From contig NW_019029005.1 in assembly GCF_002105155.1 (NCBI RefSeq), positions 1 through 64,000 on the forward strand: 64,000 nt of DNA. The letters are read 5' to 3'. This document shows, piece after piece, positions 48,762-62,962 of the stretch. This DNA comes from Lobosporangium transversale. Lineage: Eukaryota. Below the pieces are notes generated by a model, which saw only the letters and a program-made list of their open reading frames with translations, searched no databases and had not been told where the DNA came from. Position 1 is the first letter of the stretch. The number at the start of each line of letters is the position of its first letter. The translations under genes were made by a program, and so were the position numbers.

Positions 48762-49134
48762 AGTGATTGTAGAATCCTAGTCTTCAATATTTTAGATGTC
48801 ATAATAAAAGAATAATTTGTCATAATGTGATGACCGGGATTTAGTATGTAGTAAAATGAGGATTGAAAATTTTATATCAGACAATCAATGCGACAATGGA
48901 GTCAAAATGTTTATCAAAAGAATTGTAAATACCCATCTCTCACGATATAATTATAAAAATTTTAATGCTTTATGTTTTTTTTCCTGAATGGCTCTGATTT
49001 ACTACTTTCTTCATGGATGCGCCATGTCGCACACAAGAGCCCCATTGGTCTTCAATATATTAATCCACTCTTTTTTCTTTTCTTTCCTTTTTTTTTGTTG
49101 TCGTTATTGTTGTTGTAGTTGGAAACTAAAGAAT

Positions 49135-49765
49135 CTAGACGACACTGTACTCAATTGGTGTCAAAATGCTCTGCTTGGAGAAAACCACTTCCGAGCCGTC
49201 GGCGACCAGCGTGACAGCAGTGACCTATATATCATTCAAAAAAAAAAAAAAAAAAAAAAAGTTATTAGACATTATATATTTGCATAAATATAGACTTTGC
49301 TGGTTCTTATGATACATACATCGACATCACAAATGAGACGCTGCTCTCAAATTGAACAGAAACTGGGAAGAAGCTTTCTGCGTCCTCGCCCTGACAGTTG
49401 AACTCCAATGTGCCTGATGGATTCGAAGAGCTGATAGAGGGCAATTGCCAGATCAACGCGCTTTGTTGACGATCTACAAGTATGACCATCCGCTTCACCG
49501 ACTGTGGGGCTTGTTCCTTGTCTAAAAATGAAAGATAGTTAAAGTGGTAAAATGAAAATTAGTTTCATAAAATTAACTATTAGTATAAAAAAAAATAAAA
49601 AAAAAAAAAAAAGAAACAATATCCAAAAAAAAAGAGAGAACATACGGGATAGGAATGATGATGTTGACGTTCTTGAATTCCATAGCCTCATTTTCCAACT
49701 GGTATTCATATTAACATCGCATGAGCCATCCCCAGCAGGAGATGGCCAACAATTAACTAATGTTT

Positions 49766-49803
<38 letters not shown>

Positions 49804-51899
49804 TCAGAAAATGCACGATCATAGTTTTCCAAGTCCTGCCAGAGATAAAAAAAAAAAAAAAAAAAAAAAAGATTTAAACGTACTTGACAAGGGAATAGAG
49901 TCTCATCCTTGCTGAGGAATCTCCATCGTAATACTCCTGTAGGAGTTGTTGAGTGGGAACTCTTTTGAAGAATCTCTGAAAGCAATAACCTTGTTGCTAT
50001 TGAACAAGACCTTGTTAACGTTGGGGTGGGTCTACGGGCATAGTATAAAAGCAAAGCAAAGTAAAAAGTAGAAAACAAAAACAAAGGGAAGATTACGTTA
50101 ATAGAATCATTCAACTCTTTTTTGATTTTTGGTTTTGCCTGTCTGTACAAAAAAAAGTCTTACCTTGAACTGGATGCTCGAATCATCCAAATGACTGAGA
50201 GAGAGACTGATCTTTGTGAAAGAGGGGTCTGAGACACGGAGCATCAGATCACCTTTCACTTCCATGTTCTCCAGACCACCATCTCTATTAGCAACCATTG
50301 TGATCTTCTCTTCGATATGAACATGTACGCTCTCCATAGGAAAGTCAGGTTGAGTGGGTGCAGAATAATTGGACTGAGCTGGGACATGTTGCGGCTGTTG
50401 TTGTTGACTAACAGGTACTGATTCCACTTCTGAACGCAATGATTCAAACAAATCTGTGTTGTTTTGTTTGCGACCGAGCTGCATTCCTCTTGCTTTTGTT
50501 GCTGGTGCCGCCTTGGGGGCAGGGTTGCTATTTCGGATTATGAAACAGTGTTGTTAGTTCTATTTCCAACTCCATCATGAGCTTAAAAAAAAGTTTCACA
50601 GTGCCCTTACTTGAATCTAGAGAGGCCATCATCCGAAGGAACAGGAGATTCGTAACCCTGATTACCTCCCATGCTACCCATACCACCCATGCCACCCATA
50701 CCATACCGGATTGACTGCCAAAGCCCATAGGACTCTGGCCATATCCACCACCCATTCCTTGGCCATAACCGCCTCCCATGCCATGCCGCCCATGCCGCCC
50801 ATGTTCTTTCGCTGCTCCTTCCTCTGCAAGATCCAGGATCTTTGCCCTTCGCTTGAGCTCTTCCTTGGCCTCGCGTTCCTTGTTCTACTCGGTTCAAATG
50901 ACATCAATTCCCAAACAAAAATATTTCAAATTAGAATGGTGGGAAAGATGGTAAAGACAGGCTAATGGTTGATCGACTCAGAAAGGTTTTAAATGGTTAC
51001 GGGTGTTTTTTTTTTTTCACAATTTTCCTTTTACCTTCTCGATCATCTCCTGAATCTTTTCTTCATGACTTTCCATCTCGGAAATGCTGGCGACCTGTGC
51101 CAGATTGACGTTCTCCCTATATTCCTAGCGAAATGATTTCGTCAAACGAGCTGAGCAGTTCGAACGCGTTTCTGTCAATCTCACGAGCATCAGTAGGTCT
51201 ACAGATCGAGGACACAACTCGGGAGACCAATTGCAACGTGTCAATATCTAATTGGAACACAGCCGTTATTTATCAGGTGAGCATAGAATACAAAAATTAT
51301 ATATATAAAAAAGAGCAAAAAAAAAAAAAAAAAAAAAACTGAGGATGAGGTTGGCTTGCTTGCTCCGTGAATGCAATGAACATTCGCATCATACCTTGAA
51401 GAATGTTGGATTGCTTATTGGTGATGAGGACACAAACAAGTCCTCCAATGGCTGGTAAACATATCGCACATGCTCTGTCTCAATGGTAGTATGTTGTTGT
51501 CCACTGCTAGTCAATTTTGGGAAGGAAGCAATCAGGCCCTCAATCCTGGCTCTTGTCATCTCACGGAATTGACGCGAGATGAGAGCTAAAGCATTGTTTA
51601 CGGCGCGAAGGAAGGATGGGAAACAAAGAGTGTAATGTGAGCAAAACAAAGGGTACAGGTCAGGTTGGTAGAAACTCCATGATCTTCTTTTTTACCTTTG
51701 CCGCTCTTGGTGCAGACAGAGATTGCGAGAACAACCTATTGACAGTTGAGGTGATGAGTGATTCTTTCAGCAACTGGTCCTGCTCTTCTTTCTTTTCTTT
51801 TTTTTTTCTTTTTTTTTTATTAACCAAATAACCAACATGTCGTTCGTTTATCCTGATACAAGTATTCCATCTAGTCCATCATGGATTATGGTTTACCAT
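49135..51899 (-). CDS. RET2: Coatomer subunit delta (delta-COP), multi-exon; apparent frameshifts
   Basis: ATG micro-exon at 51897-51899 then [98 protein letters not shown]. Confidence 0.92.
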
Positions 51900-53410
51900 C
51901 GTGATTTTCTAATGTTGGTTGTTGCTAATTGGGTAGTTAGGATACAAGGGTCCTGGGTAAACACGTTACGGAAATGGTGCTATATAAGGATGGAGGATGA
52001 GACGCTTTCACTGAAGACATTGTTAATGAGATGATGGTCTTTTTTGCCCTGACGCCTGCCTGACGCGTGACTGCTAGTTCTTTTTCCTACGTGTATGACG
52101 TGCAGTAGGTTTAATCCCGAAAAAGGAAAGTGATATTTTAACAGCACATGTAAGTTCCTTTCTTCATTCTTCCCTTCATTCTTCAACAAGCAACAATAAA
52201 TTTGACTCAAAATCATTCTCAGAAAGGAGAATGTTTCCTCATCTCAGTAGCGGATCGCCTGCTCACCAAAGAGCACATCAACACTACTCTACCTGTTGTC
52301 CACTAGACTGTCCCGCACGAAGAGCTCCTCCTCATATCTCTCAACACTATCCAATGCAAAAAATCCAGCAGGGCCCTAATATTGGTAAAGCTTATATTTC
52401 TTTTCTTTTTTACATGGTTAAAATCGCTATAGGGATAAAGTTGAACGATATTGTCTATGATATGAACATTTGCTTCTTAGTGCATACACTTTATTAATGA
52501 ATCTTTATTATTTTTTATTTTTATTTTTTTCCTTACAATGGTAGATCCATCTCTATTGCATCCAGCCTTTTCGGGTCTGTTTTTCCAGCAACGGAGGAGC
52601 CATACAACCATGACTCGCGCTTTTACATCATCACAACCACAACCACAACCTCAACCTCACACATCATCGCTACCCCCTCCATCATCATTACCTTCCCATC
52701 CTTCCTTTACAACAATGGACCCTGCAAGGATTTCACCCATCTTTTTTGGATATTCTTCAAAGCCTCAACGAGCAAAGATGTGAAGATTATTTGTGTGTTA
52801 GAACAAAAAAAATTTTAAAATTATTTCATCATTCTGCTTTATCATCAACAATGTAACAATAGTTTATCTCACTCTCCTAGCTTTTTTTTTTTTTTTTTTT
52901 TTTCGTTTCTACTTTTTTTTTACACCAAAAACAAATACGACTTCAGAAATTTTTAAAACGCGCTTTAATGCTTTGTTTACAGAAATAAAACAAAATGTCT
53001 AAGAATTCATCATTGTTGAAAAAGAAAAAAAAAAAGAAAAAACTAAAACTATTGAATATAAAATCGTCTCTAAAAGTAAAGAAAAGAAAAAAGAAAAAAA
53101 GTCTATCTGTGTAGTAGTTGAGAGAGAAAAGAAAAGAAAAGAAAAGAAAAGAAAAAGAAGGAAAGACAGAATTGGGGTTGGGAAAAGTGGGTATCTGAAA
53201 AAGAAAAAACAGCAAGAGTGAATGACATGAAATAATACAGACATGTAAAAAAAAAAAAAAAAAAAAAAAAAATGAAAAAAAATGAAAAGAAAAATATTTA
53301 CATGATGGTGAGAATGGGTAACCATGAAAAAGGTTATGATAAAATAAATGAAGGCATTCTTGGGCATAATTTTTGTATATATATTTTTTTTTTGTTTTTG
53401 TTTGTTTCTT

Positions 53411-53858
53411 TTAGCCAGAGATCAGATCGGTGACAGTAGTCAAATGGTGGTGATTATGATGATGGTGATGACCCTTTTGTGTGCTCATGGTCCAATAGAC
53501 TCGATAATGCGTGTGAAGAGTGCAGATGACCAGTAGCAACATTAAAGCTATTATGGTTACTACTCGTCGAATGAAGAGTTCCTCCTGTGGAGGCAAGCAC
53601 TGACGCTACTGGAGACATCACCGTCGTTGGAGTTGAAACGGAACAATTCAGCGAGGACACTGCTGAAGGAGGAGGCGATGATAACGAAGTCGTTGATTCA
53701 GATCCTGACAGGGTCGGGAACGACGTAGACACACTCAACTGTTGACTGTGCTGTTGATGAAATCGCTGCTGTTCTTGCTCTATCTGCTTTTGAAATATCT
53801 GGTTTGATTAAGAAGAGGTGAGCCTTGTGTCTGATACTCATGTTGTTGCTGCTGTTGC

Positions 53859-53894
<36 letters not shown>

Positions 53895-55640
53895 CGCTGC
53901 TGTTGTAACTGTTGCTCATAAAACATTTGCTGCTGCTGCATTAATGGCATGGATGTCAACGACATTGCAGCAGAATAAGTCGATTGAAGCTGCTGTTGCT
54001 GATCATAAGAGGTAGTGGTATAATCATTGTTCTGGAAAGGGTGCTGCTGATACTGCTGCTGAGTTTGGTAAGTGTTGATCCAAAAGGGGCGAGTACTGGG
54101 CATTGGAGCTCAAGGATACGCCATGGCATCATTCTGGTCATGGTAACCATATTGCGAATCAAGGTCGGTAGGAGATCCAAGACTCAATGCGTTATGGTAT
54201 TGTTGGCTCTGCTGGGTCAGATGACTGAGAGGAAGCAATGTGCCTGCCTACTATTGGGTCATAGGAATGTAAACCAGGCAGGTCCATCTTGGCCATGATG
54301 ATGGGGGTCGAGCAAGTACTGCTGAAGATGATAGACTTGATTGGAACTGACCTAGCCCAGACAATTCACTGAAATTGCTGGCAACATGACTATTTCCTAG
54401 AGTCATCTCTGAAAGATCCAAAGTCATACTGATCTGATGAGCGTTCATATCCAAAGCGTTATGCATTTGTTGCATCTGCTGATGCTGATGCTGAAGGTAG
54501 CTCGTATCCATAGTACTGCTGCCGTCGCAAAAGAAGCCAGAGCTGGATGAATGTATCATGGGTGAAACAGGAGTCATGGTTCCTTGATCACATTTGGAAA
54601 TGATGCTATTGTATTGTTGTTGAAGTATAGTTGCGATGTGCTAGAGGAGGGACCAGAGTAATTGGCGGTATCGCAAGCGAGTTGAGATGACTGCTGTAGT
54701 TCTTGCTGTTGTAGTTGTGATGGTGGATGAGGTTGGGATGATTGCTGCTGTTGCGATGGCTGTGAGTGGGAGTGAGGTTATGCTGAGGGTACTCATTCTC
54801 GTTCAAGATAGGACGCTTGTTCTTGCTGTACTTGCGCACACCAAGGCACGTCTGACAGTTCTTTGTGAAGAGCGAGACGAGCTCAGCAGGGACTTTTGAG
54901 TATGACTTGGTAATCTATAGGAGTCGATCGTGTAGAGAAGGAGAATAATTCACAAAGGGGGGAGAGAAAAACGTGGAGGCGATATAAATACGAATGAGCA
55001 AATGAATGAAGGAGTAAGGAAAGAAAGAAATGAAAGAAAAGTAAGAAATTCAAGAAAAAGAAAGAAAAAATCGCCGTTAGTTGGTATTGGCGAAATGAAC
55101 AAATATGTGGTCAAGGAGAAAAAGGAGTAAGGAATCTGGAGAAAAAAGAAACATTTTGTTGTGCATGCATTTCTTGTCTTGTGGAATGGGCTAATTCAGG
55201 GGGAGTGGAAGGGACAGAGTAATTTAGGGTTTGTGTCACCCTCGATCACTTACAGCTGCAAATGTCTTGTCACGTCCACCGTGGCCTATAATATGGTGGA
55301 AGTAGCACACTTTATCATACAATTGCTCGCGCACACACACTGGCTTGCCATTCTTCTTGTCAAGCAAGATCCGGAGATCACCAACGACTGTGAACACAAA
55401 GTGCTTGCGCACCACCATCTAAACTTTGGGTTGAAGATCGCTGTATTCTCAGGGTTGGTAAGAACCATCAAACAGTCGTTCGCAAGTTGCTGTAATAAGG
55501 GCTTTGTTTCTTTTACGGATATGCAGCTGATTAATATAACCTTCAACCAATGTCTCAAAAGTCTCTGGGCTGAGAAATGAATATGTTTGTTGCATATAAA
55601 GCCCACTACTATTATTTGGTCCATGGTTATGGAATCGATA
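53411..55640 (-). CDS. Protein with N-terminal integrase zinc-binding (HHCC)-like domain and long Q/S/H-rich tail; frameshifted, boundaries approximate
   Basis: KRNKALIT..., PKFRWW.RKHF, PVCVREQLYDKVCYFHHIIGHGGRDKTFAA |intron ~55251-54918| ITKSYSKVPAELVSLFTKNCQTC; poly-Q at ~53840-53900; no DDE core. Confidence 0.65.
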
Positions 55641-55700
55641 TATTATTTTTAGTATATTTGTTTGTACCGTCGAGAGAAGATGAGGATGGGAGTAGAGTGT

Positions 55701-55822
55701 GGAGGATGGAGGATGGAGGATGGAAGGTGGGACTGAAGGGTTGAGATTAGAGAGAGCAGAACTCGAGTAGAAAGTGGAGAATGGAAAGTGGAGAATGGAA
55801 AGTGGAGAATGGAAAGTGGAAA
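55701..55822. repeat. 7/14-bp purine-rich tandem repeats (GGAGGAT; GGAGAATGGAAAGT)
   Basis: Seen directly, upstream of the - strand gene. Confidence 0.75.
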
Positions 55823-58147
55823 ATGGGGAAGGTAGCGCGCTAATGGTTGGCAAGAAAAAAAAAAAAAAAAAAAAAAAAAGCGAGCTGTTTGTTGGTTGTA
55901 TTCGGTAAACTATTAAGGACCTCTCAGCCAGCACGGAGGGAAGTCAAGGTTAGGAAGGGATAAAGAGAAAGTGTGAAGGGGATGTCAATATTTGTGTTTA
56001 TATCAGAATGAGATGTAAAAATAATGATAATATAATAATATATTAGGGGTCGAAATGGGGATCCCGTATAGCGAGTCAAGGTTGATCGGCGATCGACGAA
56101 CGAATGGATCGATAGCCAAGTGCAATTCTGCGGAAAGAGCTAACGAATGTGTTGTGAGTGATAGAAAATAGAGCGAGAAGGACAAAAAGTGCCGGCATAA
56201 TGGTGGAATTCCAATCTTTATATTTAATTTTTTATTTTTTTTATCCCTCCTTTTTCCTTTACTCTCTCTCAGATCCTAAGATAAGATCATTTTATTGATC
56301 AATGGACCCATGGAGGATGATATGGATGAAGACATTAAGCTGCGAGTGAGTGACAAGGAGGGGATTTCACTCTTTCCTCATTTGTGTGGATTGTCTGTGC
56401 TGGATTATATTGTCCATCTGTGTTTCTGCACAGAAGTATGCGGTATCGACTGGAATGTGGAATTATTTTTATTATTTTACTTTATGAATACAAAGGATTC
56501 GACAAATGTAACCACAGATTAGGACTATTACATTTGCTTTGTACTACAAAACTGATGAATGTACCACAAAATAAACTATTGTATAGCAAATACTCATTAA
56601 CCATAACCATTGCATTGTCATTACTAGACGCCCATCATTCATACGATTAATCCAAATGTGCTCATAGTTCACTCAAGTTTCATGCCTAAAAAGGGTGAGC
56701 AATAAGATCTGCACGACCCGTGACAAGTCCAGAGAATTAATGAAAAATCCATAAATAAACATTCAAATGAGTGGAATGAGAAAAAAAAATTTAAAGGAAA
56801 GAAAAGAACAAACCTGCATTTTATCTTTCCTTTCTCTATCTTCTTTGGCCTCTGTGCTGCCTCCTTGTTTTAAAAGGCATTTACAAAAGCTAATAAAGGC
56901 ACATGGTCGGATATTGTGTCTGTGTCTATCGTCATTGGCCTCTGGGCTCAAAATGTAACACAGCTCCTTCAATCTCCTCTCCCCTCTTCCTGTCTCCTCT
57001 CATTTGCTCTCGCTCTTCTTCAGCTGCCGTTCTTTATGTATTAATCTGCTAGATGGCTGTTTCGTCTGTGGCGAGCAGATCAGCAGAGATGCATATATAA
57101 TGTGCCAAAAGAGTGTCATTGCAACCCATCTGCGTCCACGGGGTTTGGAATTCAGGAGACAGAAGTGGATCGACGCGTGAGTGCGCCTTGCATGTAATCT
57201 CCCGATGGATTGAGAGTCCATCCCACCATATTTTATTATTATTTATATTGTTTTGTCTCCCACGCGTAGTTCTCCGTTTCTTGGCGTGCATGTCTATCCC
57301 TCATTTTTTTTTTTCTCTATTGTTGTGATGCCTGCCGTCTTTTTTTTTTTTTTTTTTTTTTGGGCTAAATTTTTCAAGGAGAGAACAGAAGACGTAAAAA
57401 AAAAAAGGAGACATGTTCAAAAAAATAAAACATCGGTATGCAGAAAAGGCAAACGAAGGCCGTCAGAGAGTGTGTTCGTGTGTGCGTCATAGTGATATCA
57501 TGGGAATGATGAGTTATGTTGAAACCAATAATCACTTCGTTCCAAGTGGCCACAAAGATTTATCTTTCTCCCATATTTCACCATGCATGCCACATTGGAT
57601 GTTGCATAATGAGCTAATTGTTTCATAATCATGGTTGGCCTTTTTTTTTTTTCCTCGTCGATGTGGATAGTTTGAGAATCTTGGTTTAAAACTAAAAAGC
57701 AACTTTTGGTCATCATGCACGACCCTGGAGTTAACTAATTAGTACACATGTATGGGGTACACCTATTTCAAATACTTGCTCGGTTAGGCTTATTGACATC
57801 CTAATCATATAAAGCGAGAAGCATTAATTATTGCAGGTGCGTTTTCAACATTTGTTAACTGATGTTGCTCATACGTTCCATAAGCACAGCCGGATGACGG
57901 AGTGCAAAAGAAGGGTAGTAGAGTAACGACGCAAGATCATATGAGCACCGGATAAATGTAGCTCTTTGACTTATGCCCTCTACTTCTTCTACGTCGCTAG
58001 AGTTATTTAGCCTGAGTGTTAAAGGCTACAACTGGTCACGACGTGTCGCGTCACGTCAAATCCGAATCTTGACGTCCATTCACGCTCTATTTGGTGGCGT
58101 GCGGGACTGCCATTTTTCCTTGAATGATCACCATGTTGTTTGTTTCG

Positions 58148-58181
<34 letters not shown>

Positions 58182-58258
58182 CGCGCCACCATTATCTGTC
58201 AAGTGTATTTGCAAAACATGGTCCCTTTGTCTCTTTGTTCCTTTAATATAATTTCGCC

Positions 58259-59706
58259 ATGAATGACGGTATTCCTCCTCAGATCCCCATTACTTATGAA
58301 CCCCGTCTGATTCAGCCGCCACTGGTCTCAAACAGTCATCAGCATTCTCTCATGGCGACATTTACGTCTTTGACATTGTAGCCAACAGCTCTAATTTGAT
58401 CGTTTCCGCCTCGAACCATGAGATCAAGCTATACAACCCTACAACACTTGCTATTAAAAAGCTTACTCAGAGGCCATACTAATACCATCACGCAAATAAA
58501 GGCCCACAATGAGCATATTCTCATGTCGTCCTCAAAAGGATGGCTCTGTTGCCGTCTGGGATCTCCGTACAGACGGAGGTCCAGTTCAGCTATTTAGCAG
58601 TATGTGTGTGTTTTTTTATTTATATTTATATTTTTTTTCGTTTTGCCACTAACTTTGGCGAAATATGAATGATACTTATGCTTATATCCATATACCTTAC
58701 AATGTGTTTTTTTTTCCTTCCTACTTAGGCCCATCGTATACTCCATTGCTTTCATTTGAATCAATATATCGGAGCAAATATTGGCCGCAGGATCAGAGTT
58801 GATAGATATTATGATGCCAGTATTTTTTCTTTGATGCTCGATCCAACACTTCAACGATTCTCAAGAAATATGATGAATCCCATAGTGATGATATTACCAA
58901 TGTCAAATTTCATCCTACGAACCCTGCACGTGTCATGACAGGACTGTAGATGGATTAATTTGTCAGTTTGACCTCACGGCATGGATAGGAGGAAGGATTG
59001 CTAGTGGTTTCAAACACGGGGGCCAGCATTAATAGAGTTGGCTACTTTGGACCCAATTCAGAATAATCTATTGTTTAAGTCACATGGAGACGCTATCATT
59101 GTGGAATAGTGATGATGCTGATGATTCATCAGTTTGGAGACATTCGAGGGGTCAGTTAATCCGGCTTTAGGATTAACATTGGATTATGGGATCGACTGCC
59201 AGTATGAACCAGACTCGGGACGTTTGTACCTCATCTCTGGATCCAATGAGTAAGTAGAGAAGTAGCCATCCTTTTTTTTTTTATTCCATTATTTTCTATC
59301 ACAACTAACAAAAAAAGCTAATTCATGTCTACTCAGAGGTAAATCAACATCCTACATGTAAAAGCCGATTCATTACAACTCTGTCAAGTATTGCAGGGTG
59401 GACACAGTGAGATTGTCAGGAGTACATGCTGGGACCCCAAACGTGGGATATTGTTTTCAGGAGGCGAGGATGCCAAGCTTGGGCTATGGACATCCACTGC
59501 TAGTACGACTACACCCTCGCCTCTTGTTGCCAGTGCATCTTCAAACAAAGCTCACCATTGCAGCTTAAGGTACAAATATAACTAGCTTTATAAAGTTATT
59601 TAAAGTTTTTTCCTCTCTCTCTTTTTTATATTTATTTATTGACGCGTTTTTTGAAATATAATCTTGATAGACAGAAAGTAGGTCTGCTCGGTCAAATCCA
59701 TACTAG
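58259..59706 (+). CDS. WD40-repeat protein, WDR89-like; multi-exon, frameshifted
   Basis: IYVFDI..., ASNHEIKLY, DGSVAVWDLR, YDESHSDDITNVKFHP, GYFGP, LSHMETLSLW, GGHSEIVRSTCWD..LFSGGEDAKLGLW, ends ...NPY*. Confidence 0.75.
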
Positions 59707-60493
59707 AGGATACTGAGTGACTAGATTGATATCTTTTTTCATACAGCATTCTTCCTTCTCTGATAAAAACTGATAAAATTAAAAGTACACAGATACTTAC
59801 CTTATTCGAACAAAAAAAAAAAAAATTGTTAGTCCCTGCAGAAGTCGTCGCGTGGGATATCTTGAAGTGTGGTTTTTGGCGACATGGGAGAGGAGGGGCT
59901 CTTGATCTTACTTCAGGAGATAGAATAGAATGAAAGAAGAGAGAGAGGAAATACAGGAATGGAAATCACGGAACAAGACGGGTGAGCAGAGCATTCGTTG
60001 GGCAGGGCAGGGGAAAGAGAAAGAGCAAGAGCCAAGAGGATGGGATGGGGATCACAGCGTATTTTGCACTTATGCTGTGGTCATGCTCATGCTATACAAC
60101 ACAAGGATCGTATGGATGGTATACATTGATGATAAACTGGTATACATTGATGATAAACATGCTATTATGGTTCATGAAGCGAAGCATGGGCAAAATACAA
60201 ATTCATTGCATGGGTAACTCTCCTCCCCTTTTCTCTCATTATCTCCAATGAGTTCTTCACAAACATTTACATCTCTTCCTCATTTTGTCCACTTCATTTG
60301 ATTCGTTTACCAATCCATCATCTCATCTTTGCTCTTTTTTTTTTTTTTTTTTTTTTTTTATTCTATTTTCTTTCAAACACAACGCTCATTCTTTCTTCAC
60401 TCACTCACTCACTCTCTCTCTTTTCTGTCTCTTCATTTAAAAAATAAACCACACCTTGACGATTCGTTTTGAGTAACTCTTTTGTCTCAGGCC

Positions 60494-61977
60494 ATGAATA
60501 CAGCAAGGTCTCCGTCTAGGAACCAACACAATACAAACAACAATAGCATGGGCTCAAACTACAACATCTAGGCGTGCCAAAGTGGCCAGCATGGCACAAA
60601 TGGACATCTCATCTATTCCACTCACAACCAAACCCATAACAACTCGGTCAGCTTCTTTACCAGGTTCTACCACTGCTACGCCTACTAGCAACCCGAGGGT
60701 GACAGTTTAGCCATTCTAGTGGTAATAACAACGGCCCTGTGATTGGATACAGTAACAAAACAGTAACAGTAATAATACAGCCCCACCTCCACGCTTGGCA
60801 TCTGTTCGAGTGGGTCTTCTAACTCTGTCGCAACGACCGCCTCCTTTAGGAGCTCCAATGGGACAAGCAACAGCAACAGCAACCACACTAACAGTAACCG
60901 CAAGGACGGTGGCTCTGTCACCTCAGATGATGGTACTGTCTCTGAAGACTCTGATCTAACTCGGGACGACATCTTACACCTATTGTCAGGCGGTCAGGCC
61001 GGTGTGGCTGGTGGTATCAGCTTACCCTTCGATGGTTCCAGTCGGCATAGCAACAGCACCTCAACATCCAAAGTCGGTGTGGTAGGAGCCGGTTCCGGAG
61101 GAAGCACAGGTCGGCCGCGAACAGGCGAGTACGGTTGGATACAGTAGTAGTAGCAATAATGGAACAACGGGCGCTAAACCAGTACGGATGGCAGCAGGTG
61201 CATCTATTAAAATCGACTCTGTACCATCATCATCACAATCAGCTGTGGGCACATCAGCGTCTGGATCAACAGTTGGATCAAACCCTTCATCCTCATTGCA
61301 TCTAGGGGTTGGAAGTCTCAGTAGAATGGATCAATCCGTAATGGAAACCATGGAGGCAACAATAGCAACAATAATAACAACAATAGTTATACCAGTGGCG
61401 GCGGAGGAGATGACGCATCCTCTGCAATTAGTGTGAACTCCACAGTCTCTACCTCGACTCATCTGACTACCCGATCAAACAAGGGTAACATTTCCGCAGC
61501 GGCAGCAGCTAATGCAGCAGCCAATAAACAAGCCGAAGACAGTCGGCGTGCAGAGGAAGCAGCACGGACAAAACGGAAGATTGCAGATTTAGAAATTTCG
61601 AAGCCTCACTTCTATCGATCAACCAATCCCTTGAGACTACTGTTCGGAAACAAGCAAGTAGAGTCCAAGAGCTCGAAACGCGATTACAGTCGTAAGAGTT
61701 TTTTTTATTTTTTATTTTTTATTTTATTTTATTTTATTTTTTTGTTCTTGACAGTGGGAGTGTATGACTCTCAAGTGGCTTCCTGATTCCATAATCCAAC
61801 AACGCTAATCATGCTTTTTTTTATTATTTTTTTTTTTTCCTTTTGACTGCTTTGTGCTGCATGCAATCCCTATTTGCGCTTATTCCGTCAACCCTTTCTC
61901 TTATAACTTTCTAAACACTGCAATCCCATTTATGATCCGCAACCACACATATAACACTTTTGACCGGCTGCGCTTTT

Positions 61978-62012
<35 letters not shown>

Positions 62013-62659
62013 GATGATGAATGGTCTACACTTACTCTATGGACAGTGGAGTCACCGCAGCTGATTTAGCACTAGCGCAAAGTGTTGCTGCAATCGAGTT
62101 AACAGAGGCTGAAAACAGGATGATCAGGTCTTTAAACGACTGTGTTTCTCGATTGAGCAAATGATCTGTGAGGCTAAGCAGGCTTTAGACCAAGCGACAA
62201 AATCCACTGGTATGCGAGTTTTTCGCTTTATGAAGTGTGTAAGTTATAGAATACATATATATCCCATCATCAATCAATTCAACCATGTTCTTAAAATGCT
62301 ATTAATTATAAATCTGACGAAATTTTATTTATTTATTTCTAACTCTTCCATTGCGATGATACCTCAACCTATCTTTTACATAGATGAGAAGGAATCGCTG
62401 AAACAGAAGAAAGTATTAGAGACGATGCTGAAGATCAAGATGACGACGATACTCAATCTGTAGATCAGGATCAAGAGGAGCACGGAACGAGCAATAGATA
62501 TTCAATAGAGGCCACGAGGCAATATGAAGATAGCACAGGTCAGAAATTACAAAACAGCAATCCTAATGGCGAAAATAACAGGTCCTCATTAGCATCCCCT
62601 CTCAGTAACAGTATGAATCCACTACCACTATGGAACCGCCTCTGACCATGGTGACATGA
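60494..62659 (+). CDS. Uncharacterised fungal Ser/Thr/Gly-rich protein with coiled-coil segment; multi-exon, frameshifted
   Basis: Low-complexity N-terminus; EEAARTKRKIADLEIS..LLSINQSLETTVRKQ coiled-coil motif; GT..AG introns; end approximate. Confidence 0.55.
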
Positions 62660-62962
62660 GAGAACTAGTACAATCTTTTCCGTCTTTCTTACTTTCCAAT
62701 ATTATGTATTGCCTATGTTTATACTCTCTTTATTTCTAAAGAAAAAGAAAAATACCCAGGAACATATAGCGCACCATCATAGTTACAGTTTTGTTTTAAT
62801 TTAGTCAGCATCAGAAGGAAAAATATATATAGTTTATTAAAACGTCTGATAAGATTAAAAATTTTTAATAGGATGATAATGCAGGTGTGCTGATGCAGAA
62901 TTTTCTTTTTTTTTTTTTAGCATGTATATATATAACCGTTATTGATGCCTTGTTTGATTTCC

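Noticed and set aside
56000..58250. Numerous 60-90-aa ORFs
   Set aside because: Intergenic region between divergent genes; homopolymer-driven ORFs with no motifs
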